DNA of 64,000 nt from Nanobdellota archaeon (GCA_038046005.1 JBBSXB010000007.1:586-64585), one strand, 5' to 3'. Counted from the first letter of the stretch, positions 42,048-49,946 are shown. Notes: generated from the letters alone by a model not told the origin. A program made the numbers and translations.

Positions 42048-45000
42048 TTAAATATTATTGTTATTCAGCTTCTTTGCCGCCCTTGCATAAATTGTCCATA
42101 TGTTCCTTTGGTCTCTTGAAAGCAGACTGGCTATCTCAACAAATTTCATTTGTTTGGCTTTTAGGTATACAACGAGAGATTCTAATGTGGTTAAGTTTTT
42201 GTTCTTGAAAATTTCTATTGGAATTTTTGCCCCTTCTTTAACATCAAAAGGTTCTTTTTGCTTTTTCACTGACTTTTTGTAAGAAGTCCAAATGGTTCTT
42301 TCATCTCTTCCTATCATATCTGAAATCTCTTTGTAGTTCATGTTTAGATTTTCTTTCATGTATTTGACAATCGTCTCTAAACCTCCAAGGTTTTTTGAGA
42401 ATATTGTTGCAGGTATGTTCACTTCTTTAGTATTGTTCAGTATTTCTACAATCTCTTTTTTGCTTATCTTGTGTTTTTCTTTTAGCTTGTCAATTATAAT
42501 GTTGACCATTTCCTTCTTATTCAAGGAATATTCTTCCTTTAACTCTTCTAAAATAAGTTCAAGTGCTTCTATTAATTTGTCATCTTTTACATTTTTCTTC
42601 TTCTTTTTTCTTGGAATCAACAAGACCAAACTTATTCTTATAACCCAAGCACCATACGCAGATGACGAATATGATTGCTGGCTTATTGATGGGGGAAGCC
42701 CTTTAAGGCAGAAATAAATCTGTTCCTGCCCCGATGTCTCATTATTGTTATTTATAGAATTGTTCCCTTTGAATAATATAGACGAAGTGACATTTGTCGA
42801 TGTTGCGTTAACCATTGCTGTTCCCGTACATCCTTGCGAGGTATTTTCAACTGTGAAATTTGCAGCATATATAAAGTCAGTAATTGTCGTTTCACCTCTA
42901 AGGTTGTATGATGTAACGTTGACACTTAGCGCATTTGCATTACCTGTATTGTTAACGATGATTGGATCATTATTTGAACCAACATCTGTGTCGGTAGATG
43001 AAAGTGTCTGCCATGTCATTGCTGTTGGAGACATTGCCATTGCCGTAAGCAAATTGTAGGTGAAAGCTTCTGAAGAATTTTCAACATATAATCCGGTGTT
43101 ATCCTGAACGGTAGCATTTATTGTCCATGCGCCATTCAAATCAAAATACCACATGTCTATTGTGCATGTAAAATTAATATCGTTTCCAGAGGCGGCTGTT
43201 TGATTTATACAAGAAGTATTTGATCTTGTTGTTTCCCCTGCTTTTTGAAAATATGCTCTTGCAGTGCTTATGTTCACAGTTGATCCTCCATTCAAATCTG
43301 TTGCAGTGAAATTAAAAGTTATTGACTTTGTTGTTGATTCTGTTGGGTTTTGTGCAGAGATTACATTAACTATTGGGATTGTTGGGGCTACTTGGCTGAT
43401 TATATTAACAACAAAACTATTGTTCAATCCAAGATTATTTGCAGAATCATTTGCATAAACATTTATTATTTTATTGCCATCCGCAAGATTTGTTAAAGGT
43501 ATAGATGTGGTGTTACACCATCCATTAGAAACAGCCAGCGTTGTATTTGTTCCGTTCACTTCAATATTACAGAAACTAGGGGGGGTTGTTGCGTCAATTA
43601 CAGAGATATTCAACGTTAGAGTATCTGTGTTTTGCTTTTGGGTGGCATTTGTGTAGACTGGCAAAGTAATTGTCGGTGCTGTTGTGTCAATCCAGACTGC
43701 ATAAGAATTATTTAAAGCCAAATTTCCAGCACTATCGTTGGCGTAAGCATTTATTGTCTGATTTCCGTCTGCAATTCCCGTCAATGCATAAGTTCCGTTG
43801 CACCATCCACCAGATGCTGCAACTGTCTGGTTTGCATTGCCATTTACATTTATCGAGCAGTATGAAGCCCCAACTCCTACGTCTGAGATTGATAAATTGA
43901 ATGTCAGGCTTTGGGTGTTTTGTTTTTGAGTTGCGTTCGTGTAAACTGGCAAGGTTATTGTTGGTGCTGCGTTTTGGATTGTGTAAGCTTGTAAAGTTGT
44001 AACATTCCAATTATTTGATGAATCGTTTGCGTATTGTTTCCACCCTATTGTTTTTCCTTCGCATTCATTTGGCACTGTCCAGCTCATGTTACTCCAGTTA
44101 GTTGTTCCTGCAAAAGTTGAGTTTATTGTGACATTTGCAAGAGTGTTACAGCTTGCGCCTGTGGAATTAATCTCTAAAATCACATAACTTAGCTGAGTGT
44201 CGTCTGTCCAATTTGTGTTGTGCGAAACTGTTGAGCCTGGAAGAGGGTTTGAGTCGTTTGTCAAGGGATTGCTATAATTTGGGGCTGCTACATCTGGATC
44301 AGGCGTTGTTTTATTGACTACAAAATCATCAACCCATAAATTTTCTCCGGAGCCAAGAACTGCGTTGAATCTTACTCTAAAATTGGACTTGAAATATTGG
44401 CTGTCAGATGTAGTGAAACTTACCCATTGCCAGGTGTCTTCTGTTCCGCTTTCAAGGGATTCAGTTATTGCGTCATAAGCTGAGCCGTCAAAGAAATAAA
44501 AGTCTATATCTGTTGCATCTAAATCATCATCCATAAACCAAAAACTCACATTTATGAATGTTGCATCGCTAGTGTCAATGTCGTCTGTTATTAAATCGCC
44601 CTCATTTCCATTAGAAGCCAGCACAGATTGTGCTCCTGCATGTTTTTGCGCTGTTGATATATCCCAAGTCGTAGCACCATTCCCATCCCATTTAGCTAAA
44701 GCAGACTCAAAATCATCTGAAAATATACTAGTAATCGGATCAACTATATAATCAAATTCGATACTTCCTCCAACAACTTTTAAGTCAAATGTGTCTTGAG
44801 AACTTTGCAAGTTTGTTAAGAATATTTTATTATCTTGGTTCGAATTTATCGAGGAGAATTCTGCAATCTTTGTTGTTTGATTTAATTCATAGACCTCAAT
44901 CCTTGGATTTCCAGAGATTACTCTTGGAAATAGAGTTATATCATTTTCTGAAGTTAAATTTTTTTCAAATGTAACTCTTACATAATCTTGATTTGAGATT

Positions 45001-46553
45001 TCTTCACTCCATACATTGTCAAGAGTTTTTACTTGATCGTAAATATTGGAGATGAAAGTTTTATCTTTGTATAAATGTTCAGCCTTGGTTATCACGATAA
45101 TATCAAAGGTCTGGTTTGAAAGATGAGGAACAATCCATTCAATGTAATCATAAATTCCATTTCCATCTTTATCTTGGACATTTTCTGGAGAGATATAGGC
45201 ATTTTGCTCTTCCCAGAAGATTTTTACTGTCGAAGGATTTTTTATGTTTAAATTTTCGCTGAGATTAGCAAAAGCCAAGACATCAGTGTAGTGGACATTA
45301 TCTGGCGAGGAAATTTTTATTTTTTTCCCTCTCGAGATTTGTTCTTCTACAACAGATGGAGCAGGAGTTTCATAACTTATTTCATAGTCTCCTGGATTAT
45401 CTTGAATTGTTACCTCTTTATCTTGAGCTAGATTGTCAACGTTAAACTTAGTTTTTCCCCCTTGCGAGTTTAATGTTTCTATCTTTTCTGCTTCTTTTGG
45501 AATTTTGACATTTGGATTTTTTTCTTCAGCAATAAATCTTTTTGTCCATTTTACTGGCTGACCTAAAATCGCTCTGCTTTGGGTTGTTGTTATCCTTTCT
45601 TCAGCAATGGTGTTATTTTTTTCTGAAGTTATGTTTGTTTCTGGCGTGATATTGGTTTTTGGCTCTTCCTGAATAATTTCTTTCAGCGTTTGATACTTGG
45701 CTGATTCTAAAAATAATTCTGCGTTGTCTATCTCAATCCTTAAATTGTAAGAAGTTTTGCTGAGATTCAATCCTGTGAGGTCGCAAGTTTCTTCACAGAT
45801 GTTTGCAAATTTTTTTGTCATTTCTTTTTCGATTATGTTAACTTGGCTTTCATTTCCTTTTTCAGTTTGGTCTTGCGAGACGTTAGTTGTGTTTTCAGAG
45901 GAAGGAGACTCCCCTTGGAAAGGACTCGACTCGTTTGAATCATTTTGAGGAGTCTCATTTATTCCTTCTGAATTTGAAATTGATGCACCTGTGATATAGT
46001 CTGTTTCTTTTATTTTTGTACTATCTAGAATTAACAAATTATCAAGATAAATTTTAACTGAGCCCTTTACTTTTATTAATCCGCTTAGTTTTAGATATCC
46101 AAGTTGCCCAAAATTTTCTGGCTTCCATTCATAATTTGTTGATTCATTAAAATTTATATTTAGAGTCTGGCTAAATTCCTGATTTTGAACATTTGGCTGA
46201 GCAAAAAATCCTGTCAATCCGGGCTTAAAATAAAAAATTGTTAAAGATAAAATACCTAGAATCAATATAAAAACAAAAAAGTTAAAACTAAACCTTTTGT
46301 GCGTATGTTTTTTTATATGTCTTTCAGAATAGCCGATAAAGTGATCATAATGGTGAATTAACTCTTGGATATTTCTTCCATTGTGCTTTTTGTGCGAGAT
46401 TTCTAGATACTCTGCTTGAGAGATTTTTCCTTTTGAACAAGCTTCATTTAACTCTAAAATATAGTTTTGGAGTTTTTCTTTTCCGACTTTTGCAACCTTT
46501 AATGCTTTTTTGTACTCTTCTATTGGGGCTTTTGCTAGTCGAGTCTTTTCCAT
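42048..46553 (-). CDS. 1,501-aa surface protein: N-terminal cytoplasmic segment and TM, DxFES module, tandem Ig-like repeats, then a C-terminal double HTH tail
   Basis: N-terminal TM helix FNFFVFILILGILSLTIFYF and a long sequon-rich ectodomain. After ...SAYGAW comes a short hydrophobic stretch VIRISLVLLIP plus KKKKK, then two HTH repeats (LETIVKYMKENLNMNYKEISDMIGRDERTIWTSY and LESLVVYLKAKQMKFVEIASLLSRDQRNIWTIY). Confidence 0.8.
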   Translation of the reverse strand: MEKTRLAKAPIEEYKKALKVAKVGKEKLQNYILELNEACSKGKISQAEYLEISHKKHNGRNIQELIHHYDHFIGYSERHIKKHTHKRFSFNFFVFILILGILSLTIFYFKPGLTGFFAQPNVQNQEFSQTLNINFNESTNYEWKPENFGQLGYLKLSGLIKVKGSVKIYLDNLLILDSTKIKETDYITGASISNSEGINETPQNDSNESSPFQGESPSSENTTNVSQDQTEKGNESQVNIIEKEMTKKFANICEETCDLTGLNLSKTSYNLRIEIDNAELFLESAKYQTLKEIIQEEPKTNITPETNITSEKNNTIAEERITTTQSRAILGQPVKWTKRFIAEEKNPNVKIPKEAEKIETLNSQGGKTKFNVDNLAQDKEVTIQDNPGDYEISYETPAPSVVEEQISRGKKIKISSPDNVHYTDVLAFANLSENLNIKNPSTVKIFWEEQNAYISPENVQDKDGNGIYDYIEWIVPHLSNQTFDIIVITKAEHLYKDKTFISNIYDQVKTLDNVWSEEISNQDYVRVTFEKNLTSENDITLFPRVISGNPRIEVYELNQTTKIAEFSSINSNQDNKIFLTNLQSSQDTFDLKVVGGSIEFDYIVDPITSIFSDDFESALAKWDGNGATTWDISTAQKHAGAQSVLASNGNEGDLITDDIDTSDATFINVSFWFMDDDLDATDIDFYFFDGSAYDAITESLESGTEDTWQWVSFTTSDSQYFKSNFRVRFNAVLGSGENLWVDDFVVNKTTPDPDVAAPNYSNPLTNDSNPLPGSTVSHNTNWTDDTQLSYVILEINSTGASCNTLANVTINSTFAGTTNWSNMSWTVPNECEGKTIGWKQYANDSSNNWNVTTLQAYTIQNAAPTITLPVYTNATQKQNTQSLTFNLSISDVGVGASYCSINVNGNANQTVAASGGWCNGTYALTGIADGNQTINAYANDSAGNLALNNSYAVWIDTTAPTITLPVYTNATQKQNTDTLTLNISVIDATTPPSFCNIEVNGTNTTLAVSNGWCNTTSIPLTNLADGNKIINVYANDSANNLGLNNSFVVNIISQVAPTIPIVNVISAQNPTESTTKSITFNFTATDLNGGSTVNISTARAYFQKAGETTRSNTSCINQTAASGNDINFTCTIDMWYFDLNGAWTINATVQDNTGLYVENSSEAFTYNLLTAMAMSPTAMTWQTLSSTDTDVGSNNDPIIVNNTGNANALSVNVTSYNLRGETTITDFIYAANFTVENTSQGCTGTAMVNATSTNVTSSILFKGNNSINNNNETSGQEQIYFCLKGLPPSISQQSYSSSAYGAWVIRISLVLLIPRKKKKKNVKDDKLIEALELILEELKEEYSLNKKEMVNIIIDKLKEKHKISKKEIVEILNNTKEVNIPATIFSKNLGGLETIVKYMKENLNMNYKEISDMIGRDERTIWTSYKKSVKKQKEPFDVKEGAKIPIEIFKNKNLTTLESLVVYLKAKQMKFVEIASLLSRDQRNIWTIYARAAKKLNNNNI
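42645..43066. repeat. 422-bp perfect direct repeat, copy 2 (in the 1,501-aa gene)
   Basis: Identical to 41124-41545. The identical antisense shadow ORFs 41224-41538 and 42745-43059 in the ORF track confirm it. Confidence 0.9.
43389..43967 (-). repeat. tandem in-frame repeat, 2 x ~96 aa (APTITLPVYTNATQKQNT... units)
   Basis: Units 43680-43967 and 43389-43679 both start with APTITLPVYTNATQKQNT and share conserved Cys and N-x-S/T positions. A third APTI-initiated unit follows and forms the start of the region shared with the 310-aa paralog. Confidence 0.8.
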
Positions 46554-46626
46554 ACTTATTATGTATGTATTAAAACTTATAAATGTATGTAAAAATATTA
46601 AAAATACTTATTATGTGTGTATTAAA
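46552..46626. repeat. 23-nt direct repeat ATACTTATTATGT(A/G)TGTATTAAA x2 in the divergent intergenic region
   Basis: Copies at 46552-46574 (overlapping the start codon of the 1,501-aa gene) and 46604-46626, with one mismatch. Confidence 0.75.
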
Positions 46627-46641
46627 TGTATGGGCCAAAAA

Positions 46642-46686
46642 TTTGTAGTGCCTACAAAAGATTTAAATAGTTTTTTGTAGTGCCTA
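46642..46686 (+). promoter_or_regulatory. glyS promoter: TATA box (46661-46670) bracketed by two TTTGTAGTGCCTA repeats
   Basis: The 13-mer occurs at 46642-46654 (extended to the palindrome TTTGTAG-TGC-CTACAAA) and at 46674-46686. ATTTAAATAG between them lies ~25 nt upstream of the ATG at 46691. Confidence 0.55.
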
Positions 46687-46690
46687 ATGA

Positions 46691-48400
46691 ATGTTTGTTG
46701 TTAAAAAAAATATCAAAGGCGGGGAATACTACTACCTCAATGAAAACAAAAGAGTTGGGGGAAAAGTAAAAACGAAGAGTTTGGCTTATCTTGGTAAAAA
46801 TAAAAAAGAAGCAATTAAAAAGGCAAATGAAATCATGGATTCAATGAAAAAAGAAACTGAAAAAGAGATTGTCGTTACACCTGAACCTGAAAAAGAAATT
46901 AAAGTCGGCAAAAAAATAGACGAGATAAATAAAATTGCGACCAGCAGAGGTTTTTTCTTCCAGACTGCAGAAATTTACGGAGGAAATGCAGGATTTTATA
47001 CTTACGGTCATTTAGGGAAGCTCTTAAAAATTAATTGGGAAAATTTATGGAGAAAACATTTTCTTTCCTTAGATGACAATTTCCATGAGATTCAAAGCAA
47101 CAATATTCTTCCGGAAGCGGTGTTTAAGGCCTCTGGACATTTGGAAAATTTTAATGATCCTATGACGGAATGCAAGAAATGCCGTTTTAGATTTAGGGCC
47201 GATCAGTTTTTGGAAGATAATGGGGTTGGGGAAGCTGAGAAACTTTCAATTGAGGAAATGAGCAATGTTATTCGTGAAAAAAAACTAAAATGTCCAAAGT
47301 GTGGGGGAGAGCTTGGAGAGGTCAAACAATTTAACATGATGTTTTCTGTTAATGTCGGATTTAATGATGAGAAATCCTACTTAAGTCCAGAAACAGCACA
47401 AGGAGCTTACATAACCTTTTTGAATGAATTCAAGGCCACGAGGGGAAAACTTCCTTTAGGTTTGGCCATAATTGACAAGGCTTACAGAAATGAAATTTCT
47501 CCAAGACAAATGTTTTTTAGACTCAGGGAATTTTCACAAGCAGAATTGCAGATATTTTTTGATTCAAACAAAATTGATGAGCATGATAAATGGAAAGATG
47601 TGGCAAAGAAAATTTTGCGAGTTAAATTGGCGAAAGATAAAGATATAGGGGAAAAAAGCTGTGAAAATTTGCATAAAGATGGAATTCCAAAATTTTATGT
47701 CTACTATTTGGCAAAAGTTCAAGAGTTCTATTTAGACATTCTAATGATTCCTAAGGAAAAATTTAGATTTAGGGAACTTGGAAAAGAAGAAAGAGCTTTC
47801 TACAATAAAATTCATTTTGATGTTGAGGTTGATTTGGAAACTTTTGGCGGATTCAGGGAAGTTGGGGGAATTCATTATAGGGGAGAACATGATTTAATCG
47901 GCCATGCCAAGATTTCTGGAAAAAATTTTGAGGTTTTTTATGACGGGAAAAAAGTTTTGCCACATGTTTTAGAGTTAAGCTTTGGGGTTGACAGGAATAT
48001 TTGGACTTTGTTAGATATTTTTTACAGAGTTGGTAAAGATGGGAGTATGTTCTCATTTCCAACAACTATATCTCCAATAAAAGCCGCAGTCTTTCCGATT
48101 GTTAAGAGGGATGATTTTGAAAAAATGGCCGATGAAATTGTTTCTGATCTTGGGAAAGAGTCTAAAATTGTCTACGATAAAGGTGGAAGTATTGGAAGAA
48201 GATACGCCAGAAACGACGAAATTGGAACACCTTTTTGCATAACAATAGATGAAGAGTCATTAAAAGGAAAAGATGTGACTATAAGAGAAAGAGATACAAC
48301 AAAACAGATTAGAGTTAAGATTGCGGATTTGAAAAATTCACTGAAAAAAATTGTCGACGGTGATTTAGAATTCGAAAAAGCGGGAAAAATTTTCAAATAG
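46691..48400 (+). CDS. glyS: glycyl-tRNA synthetase (archaeal/eukaryotic class II type) with a ~75-aa N-terminal extension
   Basis: The core starts at SRGFFFQTAEIYGGNAGFYTYGHLG. Class II motifs (RNEISPR, GVDR) and a C-terminal anticodon-binding domain are present. Confidence 0.9.
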   Translation: MFVVKKNIKGGEYYYLNENKRVGGKVKTKSLAYLGKNKKEAIKKANEIMDSMKKETEKEIVVTPEPEKEIKVGKKIDEINKIATSRGFFFQTAEIYGGNAGFYTYGHLGKLLKINWENLWRKHFLSLDDNFHEIQSNNILPEAVFKASGHLENFNDPMTECKKCRFRFRADQFLEDNGVGEAEKLSIEEMSNVIREKKLKCPKCGGELGEVKQFNMMFSVNVGFNDEKSYLSPETAQGAYITFLNEFKATRGKLPLGLAIIDKAYRNEISPRQMFFRLREFSQAELQIFFDSNKIDEHDKWKDVAKKILRVKLAKDKDIGEKSCENLHKDGIPKFYVYYLAKVQEFYLDILMIPKEKFRFRELGKEERAFYNKIHFDVEVDLETFGGFREVGGIHYRGEHDLIGHAKISGKNFEVFYDGKKVLPHVLELSFGVDRNIWTLLDIFYRVGKDGSMFSFPTTISPIKAAVFPIVKRDDFEKMADEIVSDLGKESKIVYDKGGSIGRRYARNDEIGTPFCITIDEESLKGKDVTIRERDTTKQIRVKIADLKNSLKKIVDGDLEFEKAGKIFK

Positions 48401-48595
48401 TTATTTTGCGTAAGACTTTTAAACTTTGATTTCTTAACTAAATTACTTTAACAAGTAAATTCAAATAAATAAGAGGTGAAAAATGGCAAAGAAAAAAGTT
48501 GGAAAGAAAAAGAAGAGATAATATCTCTAATTATTTTTATTTTTATTTTTTAATTATATCAAAACTTTTTTAAGTCTTATTCTGCTTTATATTTT

Positions 48596-48997
48596 ATGGT
48601 TGATTGTGTTTTTTGCAAGATAGCTGAGAAGGAAATTCCGTCTGAAAAGATTTACGAGAATAAAAGCTTTTTTTCTATATATGACCATAAACCCGAAGTT
48701 GAAGGACATGCTCTGATAATATCTAAGAAACATTTTGAAACTGTGCTAAATCTTCCAGACACTCTTGGAAAACAGTTAATTGATGCTATAAAACATACGA
48801 CTCTTGTCTTAATTAAGAAATATTCTCTGAAGGGATTTGATGTCATTAGCAACAATATGAAGGTCGGTGGACAGGCTGTGCCTCATGTGCATTTTCATAT
48901 AATTCCTAGGAGAGAGGGAGATAGTTTTAGGGCGTGGAATCTTAAGGAAAGAATAAAGGGGTTCAATAAAAGTATGATTCTCTCGGAGGATAAATAA
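48596..48997 (+). CDS. HIT family (histidine triad) protein
   Basis: CVFCKI at the N-terminus and HVHFHIIPR (HxHxHxx). Confidence 0.85.
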   Translation: MVDCVFCKIAEKEIPSEKIYENKSFFSIYDHKPEVEGHALIISKKHFETVLNLPDTLGKQLIDAIKHTTLVLIKKYSLKGFDVISNNMKVGGQAVPHVHFHIIPRREGDSFRAWNLKERIKGFNKSMILSEDK

Positions 48998-49215
48998 TGG
49001 CTTTAGATTTAAACACTACAAATGTTCCTGAATTGGTTGCTGAAGTTGGTAAACTTGGATCATGGCTTCAGGCCATTGGAATAATTGTTATTGTCTGGCT
49101 TATTTTTCAGATAATTTCATTGATAGTAAACCTTAAGAAAAAGAAGCTGCTTGAGAAGATTTCTGAAGATATTAAAAGACTAGAAAAAAAGATTGATAGA
49201 TTGAAGAAAAAATAA
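48997..49215 (+). CDS. small TM plus coiled-coil protein
   Basis: 72 aa with the TM helix IGIIVIVWLIFQIISLIV and a K/E-rich tail. The start overlaps the stop of the HIT gene. Confidence 0.45.
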   Translation: MALDLNTTNVPELVAEVGKLGSWLQAIGIIVIVWLIFQIISLIVNLKKKKLLEKISEDIKRLEKKIDRLKKK

Positions 49216-49327
49216 TTACTCTAGGATTCTTGCAACGAGATCTCTTTGGATTGAAGTTAAGCCTTCTTCAACTTCCTTGGCAATATCTTCTTTGGGTCTA
49301 TTTGTAGTGTATGGAATTTCTTTTTCG

Positions 49328-49582
49328 TTAAGAATTCTTTTTAGCATTAATCTCTCTCATTACATTACCATTAGGATTATGTTCACAATGATCTGGAAAA
49401 ATAATCAAAACTGACCCATCTTTATTAACTTCACCTATACGTGATCCATCCAAAAGGCCTGGAGAATAACCTAGAATTGGTAAGTAATCTGATTCGCTAT
49501 CCCAATAATTATCAAACCAAATATATGGTCTACCTACACTTCCTTTAAGCTTTTCATAAGTTTTTTCTTGTATTGCGTTCAT
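49328..49582 (-). CDS. hypothetical protein
   Basis: 84-aa ORF with no motif. Confidence 0.4.
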   Translation of the reverse strand: MNAIQEKTYEKLKGSVGRPYIWFDNYWDSESDYLPILGYSPGLLDGSRIGEVNKDGSVLIIFPDHCEHNPNGNVMREINAKKNS

Positions 49583-49644
49583 AAAAACTTTATTAACTTT
49601 TTATTTATATTCCTTGCTTATTTGAAGTATTTTATGTAGAGTCA

Positions 49645-49716
49645 TGGCTGCACTGAGAATTGAACTCAGGACCTCCTGCTCATGAGACAGGCGTTCTACC
49701 GCTGAACTATGCAGCC
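49645..49716 (-). tRNA. tRNA with CAT anticodon (elongator Met, or Ile2 if C34 is modified)
   Basis: The reverse complement has acceptor GGCTGCA/TGCAGCC, D-arm GTTC-AGCGGTA-GAAC, anticodon stem CCTGT/GCAGG with loop CTCATGA, and T-arm CTGAG-TTCAATT-CTCAG. The G1-C72 pair and the lack of a GGG/CCC anticodon stem argue against an initiator. Confidence 0.85.
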
Positions 49717-49766
49717 AAGATTAGGAAATATAAACTGTTTAAAAATCTTTATAGTCGATTATAGAA

Positions 49767-49946
49767 TTATTCTCTCTTGCTGAGTGTTACCAGATAGCCG
49801 GCAAGCTGGTTTCTGATTTTCTTGCTGGGCATTGTGTTGCTTCCAAGCACTTTTTTGTTTCTTTCAAAATCCGTGCCGAATGGAAGTTTTTTTTCTTTAA
49901 ACTCCTTGGCAGATCTTTTTATCATCTTTGACTTTATTTTTCCCAT
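49767..49946 (-). CDS. rps17e: 30S ribosomal protein S17e (eS17)
   Basis: MGKIKSKMIKRSAKEF...DFERNKKV...SKKIRNQLAGYL is the eS17 pattern. The GTG-initiated extension to 49988 in the ORF track is probably not translated. Confidence 0.85.
   Translation of the reverse strand: MGKIKSKMIKRSAKEFKEKKLPFGTDFERNKKVLGSNTMPSKKIRNQLAGYLVTLSKRE

Noticed and set aside
49216-49330. An open frame without an ATG (…EIPYTTNRPKEDIAKEVEEGLTSIQRDLVARILE*) downstream of the 84-aa gene on the minus strand, possibly a frameshifted C-terminus.
   Set aside because: It has no start codon and I recognise no homology. Joining it to the 84-aa ORF would need a frameshift for which there is no homopolymer or other support.
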